64,000 nucleotides of DNA, taken from contig OZ024740.1 of NCBI GenBank assembly GCA_964016885.1, positions 91,884,001-91,948,000 of the forward strand, read 5' to 3'. The first letter of the stretch is position 1; each line of letters begins with the position of its first letter. A program made the translations under genes and the position numbers. Origin of the DNA: Eledone cirrhosa. Taxonomy: Eukaryota. The notes beneath the pieces are model-generated. The model was not told where the DNA came from and did no database searches. It was given only the letters and a program-made list of their open reading frames with translations. This document shows, in pieces, positions 1 through 13,252 of this stretch.

Positions 1-520
1 ACTACAGTAATACGGCTCAAATATTCAAATATTCAACTCAACTTTGTATTGTACACTGTATATCCAAAAAAAAAATAAATAAATAAATAAAATGGCTATA
101 AATGGAAGAAGAAGAACCCCCCTCCTCTCCTCTGGCTACACTATATAGGACAGCGAAACTCACCAACACCAGAAACTAGATACACCACCCACCCCATCAT
201 CTGTGTACACTAAACACAACAGCATTTTCACCTTCACCGCCACCGCTCACTACGGCCATCATTACCACCACTATCCCATCACCGCCGCCACCACCCCCTG
301 ACTCCTTCACTGCTGCTGCCACCGCTACAGCACCATCACTACAGTAATACGGTCGCATCACCGCCACCACTGCCTCGGTATCGACATCACCGCCACCACT
401 GTCTCAGTATCGCCAACGCCGCTAGTCTCTGCTGGCTACCACTTCCACATTATAGAATTCCTACTACTAACAAAGAGGAAGGCATCAAAATATATAGATA
501 GATTCAAAAGAAAAAAGAAA
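1..520 (+). repeat. Non-coding spacer/leader module (X plus ACC-rich tract) upstream of R4-like copy A1
   Basis: Near-identical to 19455-19975 and, inverted, to parts of 56200-56700; ACC/CAC-rich low complexity. Confidence 0.7.
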
Positions 521-3500
521 AAACAAACAGCAAAAGCAGCACAGCAACAACAGTAAAAAACGAGAAAAACAGAGAAAAACAAAAACAAAAAAAGAAACCC
601 CAAAAACGTAAAGAAAATAAGAATGAAGAGAGAAGCAGGCGGACGGACAGAGAAGAGGGGGGAAAAAGTAAAACTTAAAAAACAAAAACTAAGTCAGACA
701 TTCGAATACTACATTACAATGAAACTTATGCTTATTCATTTTTGGGGCCCTTTCTGCCCGTGTGTTTGTTTGTTTATGTGTGTCCGTATACAGCGTGGTG
801 ATAATGCCACACAAGGGCCAAGTGGGATGGCGGATCCACAGATGGCTATGTAAACATACATTCGCCAATCCTCGATAAGAGTGTTTAAATATCGAACATA
901 AACAGTTCGAATAACGGTGAAATGGAGACTAGAACGTCATGTGACAGACTCTCACCCAACAGGTGCCCCCTGGCTCAGCAGCAGGAACCTGACTGTCAAC
1001 GAAATACTGCTGATGTTGGAGGAAGAAGAAGAAGGAAAGGGGCCAGAACCAACTGGACGAAAGAATTGAATAGAACTGTTATGCAATGCTACCTGAAAAG
1101 TAACCCCAAGGAGAGGGGCTACAGGAGACGGATGCATAACATCTGGAACGAGATTGGTTTATTTAAATTAGATGAACAAAAATTGGCCGGGCAGGCTCGG
1201 GTAATAAGAACTAATGGGTGGATAAGCGAGCTGGAACTGGAGGAACTGAGCAGAGAGAATGGCTTGGAGATGGCGGGTGTAGTATGCCAGACAAGCGAGC
1301 CGGCGGGAAATGAAGGTGAGGAGGTCCTGAGAGCGGAGGAACCACCCGAAGCAGACAATGATCTGAATACTGAGATAAATAATACCTGGAACAGAGATAC
1401 GGCCACTGAGGAGATGAATGCTGACGGGCTAGGACAAGATTCGGTTGACATCCTAAATTTAGTGGTAGATGAGTTGAACAATGATAGTGGGAGACCTATG
1501 AACCTAAGATTTGTAGACAGGAAAAAGTTAAAAGAAACAACAGCTAAGGTAAACAAAGTCATCCCATACCTTGAGGCGAGGAGTCTTCACCAGTGCAACA
1601 ATATCCTCAAAGCAACAGCAAATACGGTGAGGAAACTACTTGGTATAAAAGCGAGAGGAAACAACAGACAAGAAAGAGCAGAGCCGTGGTGGAAGAAGCG
1701 ACTGAGTGGGCAAATCGGGGAAATGAGAAATGACATAGGAAAGCTTGAGTCACTACTGAATGGGACACTAAAAAACATAGGCACTAAAAATAGACTGGAA
1801 ATAAAATACAAAACTAGGAGTAAAAAGCTAAACATTATCATAGAGGAATTGAAGCAACGCATTGTAGCAAAGAGTGCCAAAATCAGGCGATACGAGAACA
1901 GAGTCAGTCAGTATAAACAGAACCGCATGTTCGACAACAACCAGAAGATGCTGTTTGGACAGCTTGAGGGGAAAGAAAGAGGCACCGACTTGATCCCTGG
2001 GGCGGATCAAGCTAAAACATTCTGGAGAGGAATATGGGAGCAGGATGTAAGACACAATGCCCAGGCAGGGTGGATTGAGACAGTACAGAGCGAGATCGGT
2101 GAGCACGCACAGCAACAGACTGATTTGAGTATCACAGTTGAAACTCTTAAGGGGCAAGCCAAAAAACTAACCAACTGGAAATCACCAGGCCCAGATGGTG
2201 TGCAGGGGTGTTGGATTAAACATTTAACATCCCTCCACCCGAAGCTGACGGCCATGTTCAATGACTGCTTGGTGTCGGGTGAGGTGCCAGAGTGGTTGAC
2301 AAAAGGTACCACAGTTCTGATAATGAAAGACCGAATCAAGGGTAATGATGTTACCAACTATAGACCTATCACATGTCTGCCCGTAATGTGGAAACTGTTG
2401 ACGAGCATTGTGTCTGAGGAAATCTACCATCACCTCCACACAAACAACTTGTTGCCGGACGAACAGAAAGGATGCCGAAAGAAGTCACGTGGTACAAAGG
2501 ACCAGTTGCTTATTGATAAGATGGTAATGGGGAATTGCAGGAGGAGACACACTGATCTTGCCATGGGATGGATAGACTACAGAAAGGCATTTGACATGGT
2601 GCCTCATTCCTGGATCACCAAAAGCCTGGAGATCTTCAGGGTGGCAGATAACATCAGACAGTTGCTGGGCAGGAGTATGGGGTCCTGGGAGACAGAGTTG
2701 ACATCAACTGGAGTATCCTTGGGAAGCGTGAAGATCAAGAGAGGTATCTTCCAGGGAGATAGCCTGTCCCCTCTGTTGTTTGTTCTTGCCCTGATGCCCT
2801 TGACCATTATGCTGCGAAAAGTGAGAGCAGGATACAAGTTGGGAAGGGGAGAGCTTACCATCAATCACCTCCTCTTCATGGACGATCTTAAGCTCTTCGG
2901 GAAAAGTGAGAAGGAGTTGGATGTGCTTGTTGACACTGTCCGTATTTTCAGCAGTGATATATGTATGCAGTTTTGTATTGGTAAATGTGGAGTCATTGTG
3001 ATGAGGAGGGGTAGGTTGAGCAGAGGTAACGGGATCCAGATACCAACAGGTGAGATGATAAAGGAAATTGACTCTGAGGAAGGATACAAGTATTTGGGCG
3101 TTCTGGAGGCTGATGGCATAAAGAACAAAAAAATGAAGGAATTGTTAAGAACTGAATACATTCGGAGAGTAAGGAGCGTATTGAAGTCACATCTGAACAG
3201 CAGAAATGCCATAAGCGCAGTAAATTCCCGAGCTGTGTCTATTATTAGGTACAGTGCGGGAATTCTGAGATGGAATGTTGCTGAACAAAAAGAAATGGAT
3301 AGGAAGACTAGGAAGCTATTGACTATCTACAACATGTTCCACAAGAGGAGTGATGTCGATAGACTCTACCGAAGGAGATCTGAGGGTGGAAGAGGTCTTA
3401 TCAGCATAGAGGACTGTGTTCAGATGGAGAAAAACAACCTATACAAATACGTGACCTATAGTAAGGAGCCAATGCTCAGAGCTGTACTGAAGGAGGGGAC

Positions 3501-4390
3501 AGTAGGCCAGGGGATACCCAAGGAGGAAATAACATCAAGGAGGAAGAGCAGCCTTAAGGGAAAATCCCTTCATAGTACCTTCTTTGAGAAAACTGAATTT
3601 AGAGATCCACAGACATGTGGACTGGTTGAGAAGAGGAGACCTCAAAAAGGCTACAGAAGGAATGCTAATGGCTGCGCAGGAGCAGGCCCTCAAAACGAAG
3701 TGGTTGAAGCACCATATCTACAAGGAGGAGGCTAGCCCACTGTGCAGGATCTGTGGAGAGAGAGAGGAGACTGTGGCTCACATTGTGTCCGAGTGTAAAC
3801 ACCTAGCCCAGACCCACTATAAGGGCTGGAGACACGATGTGATGGGCAGGGTGATCCACTGGCACCTGTGCAAAGTAAACAATCTACCACATTCTGAGAA
3901 ATGGTATGAGCATAGGCCAGAGGCGGTGATGGAGAACAGTCAGGTGAAGGTGCTGTGGGATTTTAGGATACAGACGGACAAAACACTGGAACACAATAGA
4001 CCTGACCTGGTGGTTGTGGACAAAGAAAAAAGATCGTGCCTGATTGTGGATGTGGCCTGCCCGTTCGACACGAGAGTGCAAGAGAAGGAGAGGGAGAAAA
4101 TTAACCGATACCAGGACCTAAAGTGGGAGGTGAAAAGGATTTGGAACTGCCATGAAGTCAAAGTGATCCCGATTGTCATAGGCGCACTGGGGACTATCTC
4201 CAAAGGTTTTCAGGGATGGTTAAAGAAAATCGGCCCCTTCACGCTTTTTGGAACGCTTCAAAAGGCATGCTTGCTTGGAACGGCAAGAACCCTCCGATAC
4301 GTCCTGAATATCTGTGGCTGCAGGTAGTGGCTTGATATTCAATCCAACGGACTTTCCAGTTAACCAACATCAATGACTGAGATTCAAGGA
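521..4390 (+). mobile_element. R4/Dong-like RLE non-LTR retrotransposon, family A, copy A1 (near intact)
   Basis: Single ORF with RT, CCHC finger and PD..D endonuclease; short 3' UTR ending ...gagattcaagg then (TAA)n. 5' limit inferred from copy A4. Confidence 0.92.
922..4327 (+). CDS. A1 polyprotein (~1130 aa): Myb-like N-terminus, reverse transcriptase, CCHC zinc finger, restriction-like endonuclease; one frameshift near 3616
   Basis: ORFs 922-3735 and 3584-4327; motifs KSPGPDG, YRPITCL, GIFQGDSLSP, LFMDD, YKYLG, CRICGEREETVAHIVSEC, RHD, RPDLV..DVACP. One extra base relative to A2 (acatgtggactgg vs acatggaactgg). Confidence 0.9.
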
Positions 4391-4401
4391 ATAACAACAA
4401 C

Positions 4402-4460
<59 letters not shown>
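4391..4460 (+). repeat. (TAA)n microsatellite, tail/target of A1
   Basis: Directly visible. Confidence 0.97.
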
Positions 4461-4461
<1 letters not shown>

Positions 4462-4989
4462 CGCTACAACACCATCACTACAGTAATACGACCACATCAC
4501 CACCACCACTGCCTCGGTATCGACATCACCACCACCACTGTCTCAGTATCGATACCGCCGCTACTGTCTCCCACATCTCCCCGCCGCCACCACTCGTTCA
4601 ATGCTACCACCACTAACCCCCTGTTAACTTGAGAGAGAAAGGGGAAGGTGGCGGTATCACTAGACAAGGGAGAGGCTAGCAAAAGATATAAATAGATTGA
4701 CTTAGTGACCTGGCCAAGGCCAAACGTCAATATCAACAACTATGGCACTGCTGGCTCACCACTTCCTCACCAACAATATAAAAAGCCCCGGCACCACCAC
4801 TGACATAGCCAACAACAATAACAGCCAACTACAACAAAAAGTATATTATATTATTGTAATGTACTGGGTGATTGCTGGCCTTGTGCCCGGAGTGGAGACA
4901 ATTATTAATAATTTCATTCTTAAGCCACGCAATGCTCACATTAAGGAACCACTCATGATAATAACAATAAAAAAAAACAACAAAAAGAA
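4461..4989 (+). repeat. ACC-rich spacer/leader upstream of family B, containing a SINE 3' remnant (~4856-4910)
   Basis: Inverted homolog at ~55810-56240; gtaatgtactggg..gctggccttgtgcc..agacaattatt matches the SINE 3' end. Confidence 0.7.
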
Positions 4990-7900
4990 AACCCCGTGAC
5001 CAAGAAATACCGGGATGGCGGCCGGCGGGGAATAGCCGTGTCTCTAGGGGAGAACGACCCCTCTAGTCTTGGTTGACACTCGTTCTAGAAGTGGTAACAC
5101 GAAATGATTACCTCTTGGCGGATAAGGATAAAACGCGAAAAAATAAAGTAAATGTCTAATGATAAAATATCATACCGGATCGGTCGTCACACGGGTAAAA
5201 AAGGGCCGCGTCCCTCAGAGAGGAACCAGACTGGGGTCGAAAAATCAGCTAATGGTTCAAACCTTCCCATCACTTCGGAGCTGGAGACCTCCCATAACCG
5301 GAATACTCCTACTGTTGGCCCTCCATGCTCACCACCAAGAAATCCAAAGAAAAAGAGAGAAAAATGGTCAAGGGAAGATAATAAAGAAGTCCTTGAGGCT
5401 TTCTACACTGCCATGTACTACCCATCAAATACATCGAATACAGAACAGACATATATCAATTGGAAAAAGAAACATCCCGAAATCAGACGCTATATTGACA
5501 GTAACAAACTAGCCAATATACGAAGAAATATTGTAAGAAAAAAGTTACTAACTGATATAGAAATTGATCAGATCAAGCTATTAGCACAAAGTCAGCGAAG
5601 GGAAAATGAAACATGTGTCAGTGAAAACGAGGTAAACTGTAACACTTCGAATCCCAGGGTTGGGGCGGAATCACTGGCAACAGAACAAATTAAAGAAAGT
5701 ATCGAAAAAGTGGAGGGAGTGCATGCTCAGGATGAAACTCCAAATGAAAATAATGAGATCGTAAATGATAAAGAAATGAATGAGAATGAACTTGCCAACT
5801 TGAAGGATGAAATTATGATCGAATGAATGAAAATGAAAGAATCTGACATGGGGCAACGAGACACCCTCCCTAAGATCCAGAACTCCAAACAGAACCAAAA
5901 GATAATACACAAGACTAACATAATACTCAAAAACATTATCATCACAAACAAACTAAACATTACTGATTTAAATCATCTCTATTATGCATCGGCTAAAGTC
6001 ACCACTCACTTATGTGGAGTGAAGATGAAAAAACAAAGTAATTCCCACAAGAAATCTACTTGGCAAGAGAACATCAATCGCCAAATAAACCTTCTCCGAT
6101 CTGACATAGAAATGTTAACAAACAATAAAGTAGGTGAACATGTTAAACAAACTAAACTTAGTAAATTGAAAACAAAGTACAGTATATAATCAACATGTGA
6201 CATAGACATGCTGATAGAAATAATCAAGCAAAAAGTGTCGGCCAAAGCTGCTCGTATAAGGCGCTTTGAAAAACGATCTAGATTCTATAAGGACAATAAT
6301 ATGTTCAAAGACAACCAAAGGAACTTCTACAGAAAAATTGGTAAGTCAACAATAACTGCTAAATCAATACCACCCAAGGAGGAAGTGCAAGAATTCTGGG
6401 AAAAGATCTGGGCCGAAGAAAAAGTTCATAACATACATGCCCCATGGATAGACAGAAAAATGAAAGATACAGCTCACATTGAGGAACAAACATGGGAAAA
6501 TATAACAGTTGAACAGTTGCGCTTGGCTTTAAGAAAAACCAGCAAATGGAAATCCCCAGGAAAAGACAAAATACAAAACTTTCGGATAAATGCCTTCACA
6601 GAGTCTCATGAGCTGTTAGCCCAACTTTACAATGAAATAGTTAAGGAGCCAGAAAAGATACCTTCATGGCTAGTTAACGGCATTACATTCCTGCTTCCGA
6701 AGAATGATGAGACAAACAATCCCCAAAATTACAGACCGATAACTTGCTTGACCACAATGTATAAAATGTTAACATCAGTCCTAACTGAATACACATATGA
6801 CCACCTGATAACAAATGACCTATTTCCCATTGAGCAGAAAGGGTGTAAACGAGGCTCATATGGCTGTAAGGATCAGCTTCTGGTTAACAAAATGATACTG
6901 GAAGATTGTCATAATAGACACAAAAATCTATCGATTGCTTGGATAGATTATAAACAAGCATTTGATAGTTTGCCACACAGTTGGATTGAAAAATGTTTAG
7001 AGATGTTCAAAGTATCCCCCGTTGTCAGGAGGTTTTTGTCATTCAGTATGAAGACATGGAAAACGACACTCCTTTTGAATAGTGAAACAAAATCACTGGA
7101 AGCTGGTGAAGTTAATATTAATTGTGGAATTTTTCAGGGTGACTCTTTATCACCGCTTTTATTCTGCATCGCACTTATACCATTAAGTAAAATGCTCAAT
7201 GAAACAAAACATGGATATAAAGTCTATGACAAAACCATTAATCACCTGTTCTACATGGATGACCTGAAACTATTTGCAAAAAATGATGAACAATTGCAAG
7301 GGCTATTATCCACTGTGAAGCAGTTCAGTGATGACATTAAAATAGAGTTTGGACTAGATAAATGCGCCAAAGCAACGTTCACCAGAGGAAAGCTGCTGAG
7401 GAGTTCAGACATTAATCTTGATCGGGGGAACGTGATAAGAGAACTTGATCAAGAAAAAACTTACAAATATCTAGGTGTTTGTGAAGGAGACGGAATCAAG
7501 CACTCGACAATGAGGGAAAGGATAAGGAAGGAATATTACCGCAGAGTAAGAGCAATCTTAAGAACGGAATTGAAGGCAAGGAATAGGATCGATGCCATAA
7601 ACACGCTTGCCATACCAATAGTAACCTACAGTTACAATGTCATCAACTGGTCAAGCACAGAGATCCGTAGGCTCGATACAAAAGTTCGAAAATTCTTAAC
7701 CATGCACAGAATGCATCACCCTAAGGCAGATATAGATAGAATATATCTCCCTAGCAAAGAAGGAGGACGTGGGTTAATCCAGTTAGACATTGCATTGAAA
7801 ACTGCAACAATTGGATTATCTACATATCTAAGGGAATCACATGATTGGATGATCAAACTCGTTTTGAAACACGAAAGCATCAAACGATCATATTCTATTA

Positions 7901-8941
7901 CAAAAGATGCACAAATATACAGTAATGGACTACAAATTTCAGAAGTCCCATTTACTGCTGAAATGGAAAACACAGAAAAAGCAAAGCAGGTAAAAGTAAC
8001 TGCAAAGAAAGAAATGCTACAGAAACTGGCTAAGAAATGGCAAGAAAAGTCTCTGTATGGAAAATACCCAGAGCGAGCTAACAATCCTGATGTTGACAAA
8101 ACTTTAACCCATCAGTGGTTGGCATCCTCTGGACTGAAATCGGAGACTGAAGGACTGATTATATCCGCACAAGATCAGTGTCTGCCAACAAAAAATTGCC
8201 AAGCCAACATAATAAAAAATGGGTGCAGCCCATTATGCCGTGTATGCAAAAAACAACCAGAGACCATTGACCATATAATTTCAATGTGCAGTCCTATAGC
8301 TCCAACCGAATACCTAAACAGGCATGACAGAGCTGCACAATACATACATTGGATAATGTGCAAGCATTTTGACCTGCCCCATCAACAGAATTGGTGGGAG
8401 CATCAACCACCTCCCATACTTGAAAAAGATCACATCTCAATCTTGTGGAACTTTAGCATCCAAACAGACCGAAAAATAGATGCAAATAGACCTGATATAA
8501 TATTGAAGGACTTTCAAAGGAGGGTATGCCTGCTAATTGATATGTCTGTTCCAATAGACAAGAATGTATCTATAAAAACATTTGAAAAATTGAGCAAGTA
8601 TAAGGACCTGGAGATAGAAATTGGAAAAATGTGGAAATTGAGAACTAAAACAATACCAGTGGTTGTAGGCGCTCTGGGAATGATACCTAAGGGGTCTAAC
8701 GACTACTTATCGCAAATCCCAGGAAACCCGCGTATAGGAGAAATACAAAAGATAGTACTAATGGGAACTGCCCATATACTAAGGAAGATCCTGTCAATAT
8801 AAGTACATCACAAGTCTAAACACTAAGGATGCATGTGTGAATATGTGTGTTCTTTCTTGAACATGGCGGACCTTGTTGTCTCTTGAGGTCACTGGTTGTG
8901 ACTTGGTGATAACTCGTATAAACATAAAGCAAGATAAATGC
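4990..8941 (+). mobile_element. R4/Dong-like RLE non-LTR retrotransposon, family B, copy B1 (near intact)
   Basis: Same domain order as family A but a very different sequence; 3' UTR 8803-8941 followed by (TAA)n. Confidence 0.92.
5152..8802 (+). CDS. B1 polyprotein (~1215 aa): RT, CCHC finger, RLE; premature TGA at 5824-5826 and a frameshift near 6186
   Basis: ORFs 5152-5826, 5827-6189, 6208-8802; GIFQGDSLSP, FYMDD, CRVCKKQPETIDHIISMC, RHD, RPDII..DMSVP..KLSKYKDL. B2 has Trp where B1 has TGA. Confidence 0.9.
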
Positions 8942-8942
8942 A

Positions 8943-8995
<53 letters not shown>
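8942..8995 (+). repeat. (TAA)n tail/target of B1
   Basis: Directly visible. Confidence 0.97.
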
Positions 8996-8998
<3 letters not shown>

Positions 8999-9439
8999 TA
9001 AAAATCAAGTTTTAGTTTTAACAAAATGTTTAATTCCAATATTAAAGCAATATGTCAACACATATAAGCGACTATTGATAATTTCACTAAAGATAATTTC
9101 ACCACCAATACCACCAGCACTACCATGATGACAACTCTGATCAAATCGACTAAATTTCTACTCCAACTTCAACACCATCACGACAGTAATACGACCACAT
9201 CACCACCACCACTGCCTCATTATCGCTACCGCCGCTATTCTCTCCCACTACCTCCTGCTAGTTGCTGCTAGCACAGCACCGCCACCACCACCAACACCAC
9301 TTCCTCATTATCAATACCGCCGCTATTCTCTCGCGCTAGCCCCTGCTACATTGTAGAATTCTCACTAAAAGAAGAAGGCATCAAAATATATAAATAGACT
9401 GAATTGATGACCCGGTCAAAATAAAAAAATAAAAAAATA
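8996..9439 (+). repeat. Spacer module (Y plus ACC-rich tract) upstream of A2
   Basis: agttttaacaaaatgtttaattccaat recurs inverted at ~56405-56432; ACC tract is homologous to 330-500 and 4461-4720. Confidence 0.65.
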
Positions 9440-12400
9440 AAAAGCAAAGCAGCACAGCAACAACGAAAAACGTAAAGGAAATAAAAATGAAGAGAAAAAT
9501 AAACGGACGGACAGAGAAGGGAAGGGAAAAACTAAGTCAGACATTCAAACACTAGATTACAATGAAAATTATGCTTATTCATTTTTTTGGTTTTTTTCTG
9601 CCTGTTTGTTTGTTTGTTTATGGGTTCGTCTACAGCGTGATAATGCCACACAAAAATCATGTGGAGTGACGGAATAACCCGAGACGAGTAATACGCCGGT
9701 GGTTATGTAACCATACATTCGCCAATCCTCGATAAGAGTGTTTAAATAACGAACCTAAACAGTTCGAAGTACGGTGAAATGGAGACTAGAATGTCATGTG
9801 ACAGACTCTCATCCAGCAGATGCTCCCTGGCTCAGCAGGAGGGACCTGGATGTCATCCAAATACTGCTTGTGTCGGAGGAAGAAGAAGAAGGAAAGGGAC
9901 CAGAACCAACAGGACGGAAGAATTGAATAGAACTGTTATGCAATGTTACCTGAAGTGTAACCCCAAGGAGAAAGGCTATAGGAAAAGGATGCATAACATC
10001 TGGAACGAGATTGGTCCATTTAAATTAGATGAACAAAAACTGGCCAGGCAGGCTCGGGTAATAAGAATTAATGGGTGGATAAGCGAGCTGGAACTGGAGG
10101 AACTGAGCAGAGAGATTAGCTTGGAGATGGAGTGTGGAGTATGCCAGGCAAACGAGCCAGTGGGAAATGAAGGTGAAGAGGTCGAGAGGACGGAGGAACT
10201 ACCCGAAGCAGACAATGATCTGAATGCTGAGATAAATAATACATGGAACAGAGATACGGCCACTGACGAGATGAATGCTGACTGGCTAGAAAAAGATTTG
10301 GTTGATATCCTAAAGTTAGTGGTAGATGAATTGAACAATGATAGTGGGAGACCTATGAACCTGAGATTTGTAGACAGGAAAAAGTTAAAAGAAACAACAG
10401 CTAAGGTAAACAAAGTCATCCCATACCTTGAGGGGTGGAGCCTTCACCAGTGCAACAATATCCTCAAAGCAACAGCAAATACAGTGAGGAAACTACTTGG
10501 TATAAAAGCGAGAGAGAAACAACAGACAAGAAAGAGCAGAGCCTTGGTGGAAGAAACGACTGAGTGGTCAAATCAGGGAAATGAGAAATGACATTGGAAA
10601 GCTTGAGTCCCTACTGAACGGGGCACTAAAAACATAGACACTAAAAATAGACTGGAAATAAAGTACAAAACTAGGAGGAAAAAGCTAAATATGATCATAG
10701 AAGAACTGAAGCAACGCATTGTAGAAAAGAGTGCAAAAATCAGGCGTTACGAAAACAAAGTCAGTCAGTATAGACAGAACCGTATGTTCGACAACAGCCA
10801 GAAGATGCTGTTTGGACAGCTTGAAGGGAAAGAAAGAGGCAACGACGTGATCCCTGAGGCGGAACAAACTAAAACATTCTGGAGAGGAATATGGGACAGG
10901 ATGTTAAACATAATAACCAGGCAGTGTGGATTGAGACAGTACAGAAGGAGATCAGTGAACAGGCACACCAACAAACTGATTTGAGTATCACAGTTGAAAC
11001 TCTTAAGGGGCAGGCCAAAAAACTAACCAGCTGGAAATCACCTGGCCCAGATGGTGTGCAGGGGTATTGGATTAAAAACATAACATCCCTCCACCCGAAA
11101 CTGACAACCATGTTCAATGACTGCTTGATGTCAGGTGAGGTACCAGAGTGGTTGACATAAGGTACCACAGTTCTGATAATGAAAGACCGAATCAAGGGTA
11201 ATGAGGTTACCAACAATAGACCTATCACATGTCTGTCCGTAATGTGGAAACTGTTGACAAGCATTATGTCTAAGGAAATCTACCATCACCTCCACACAAA
11301 CAACTTGTTACCGGACGAACAGAAAGGATGCCGAAAGAAGTCACGTGGTACAAAGGACTAGTTACGTATTGATAAGATGGTAATGGGGAATTGCAGGAGG
11401 AGACACACTGATCGTGCCATGCAATGGGTAGACTACAGAAAAGCATTTAACATGGTGCCTCATTCTTGGATCACCAAAAGCCTGGAGATCTTCAAGGTGG
11501 CAGATAGCATCAGAGAGTTGTTGGGCAAAAGTATCAAGTCCTGGGAAACAGAGTTAACAACAACTGGAGAATCCTTGGGAAGCGTGAAGATCAAGAGAGG
11601 TATCTTCCAGGGTGATAGTCTGTCCCCTCTGTTGTTTGTCCTTGCCCTGATGCCCCTGACCAGTGTACTGCGAATAGTGAGAGCAGGATACAGGTTGGGA
11701 AAGGGAGGGCTTACCATCAATTACCTCCTCGTCATGGACGATCTTAAGCTCTTCGCTAAGAATGAGAAGGAGTTGGATGTGCTTGTTGACACTATCCGTA
11801 TTTTCAGCAATGATATATGTATGCAATTTGGTATTAGTAAGTGTGGAGTCATTGTGATGAGGAGGGGTAAGTTGAGCAGAAGTAACGGCATCCAGATACC
11901 AACAGGTTAGATGATAAAGGAAATTGACTCTGAGGAAGGATACACGTATTTGGGCGTTCATCAACAACAAAAAATGAAGGAATTGATAAGATTTGAATAC
12001 ATTCGGAGAGTAAGGAGCGTATTAAAGTCACATCTGAACATTAGGAAAGCCATAAGTGCAGTAAATTCCCGAGCTGTGTCTATTATTAGGTACAGTGCGG
12101 GAATTCTGAGATGGAGTGTTGCTGAACAAAAACCAATGGATAGGAAAACTAGGAGGCTATTGACTATCTACAATATGTTCCACAAGTGGAGTGATGTCGA
12201 TAGACTCTACTTAAGGAGATCTGAAGGTGGAAGAGGTTTATCAGTATAGAGGACTGTGTTCAGATGGAGAAAAACAGCCTACACAAATACGTGACTGAGA
12301 GTAAGAAGCCAATGCTCAGAAATGTACTGAAGGAGGGGACAATAGGCCAGGGGATGTCCAAGGAGGAAATACCATCAAGGAGAAAGAGCAGCCTTCAGGA

Positions 12401-13229
12401 AAAATCCCTTCATAGTACCTTCTTTGAGAAAACTAAATTTAGAGATCCACAGACATGGAACTGGTTGAAAAGAGGACACCTTAAAAAGGCTACAGAAGGA
12501 ATGTTAATGGCTGCGCAGGAGCAGGCCCTCAAAACGAAGTGGTTGAAACACCACATTTACAAGGAGGAGGCTAGCCCAATGTGCAGGATCTGTGGAGAGA
12601 GAGAGGAGACTGTGGCTCACATTGTATCCGAGTGTAAATACCTAGCCCAGACTCACTATAAGGGCTGGAGACATGATGTGATGGGCAGGGTGATCCACTG
12701 GCATCTATGCAAAGTAAACAATTTACCACATTCTGAAAATTGGTATGAATATAAGCCAGAGGCGGTGATAGAGAACGATGAGGTGAAGGTGCTGTGGGAT
12801 TTTAGGATACAGACGGACAAGAAACTGGAACATAATAGACCTGACCTGGTGGTTTGGGACAAAGAAAAAAGATCGTGGATGATTGTGAATGTCGCCTGCC
12901 CTCTTCGACACGAGAGTGCAAGAGAAGAAGAGGGAGAACATTAACCGATACCAGCACTTAAAGTGGGGGGTAAAAAGGATTTGGAACTGCCATGAAGTCA
13001 AAGTGATCCCGATTGTCATAGGCGCAGAGGGACTATCTCAAAATCTTTCCAGGGATGGTTAAAGAAATTTGGCCCCTTCACGCTTTTTGGAACGCTTCAA
13101 AAGGCATGCTTGCTGGGAACCCCAAGAACCCTCAGATACGTCGTGAATATATGAGGCCACAGGTAGTGGCTTGATATTCATTTCAACAAACTTTCCAGTT
13201 AACTAACATCAATGACTGAGACTCAAAGA
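9440..13229 (+). mobile_element. Family A copy A2, full length, pseudogenised
   Basis: ORF fragments 9779-13150 collinear with A1; several stops and frameshifts; same 3' UTR. Confidence 0.92.
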
Positions 13230-13252
13230 ATAATAACAATAATAATAATAAT
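13230..13252. repeat. (TAA)n shared by the tail-to-tail A2 and T1 3' ends
   Basis: A2 3' end on its left, T1 3' end (minus strand) on its right. Confidence 0.9.

Noticed and set aside
860-915. tcctcg motif in the family A 5' UTR as the L3 loop of an HDV-like ribozyme
   Set aside because: No P3 pairing around it, no following P1'/GG and no CNRA linker.
4391-4460. TAA tracts as telomeric repeats or CRISPR-like arrays
   Set aside because: Simple trinucleotide microsatellites; no TTAGGG-type unit and no repeat-spacer structure.
8794-9039. Poly-Y, poly-I, poly-L and poly-N ORFs
   Set aside because: Translations of (TAA)n tracts.
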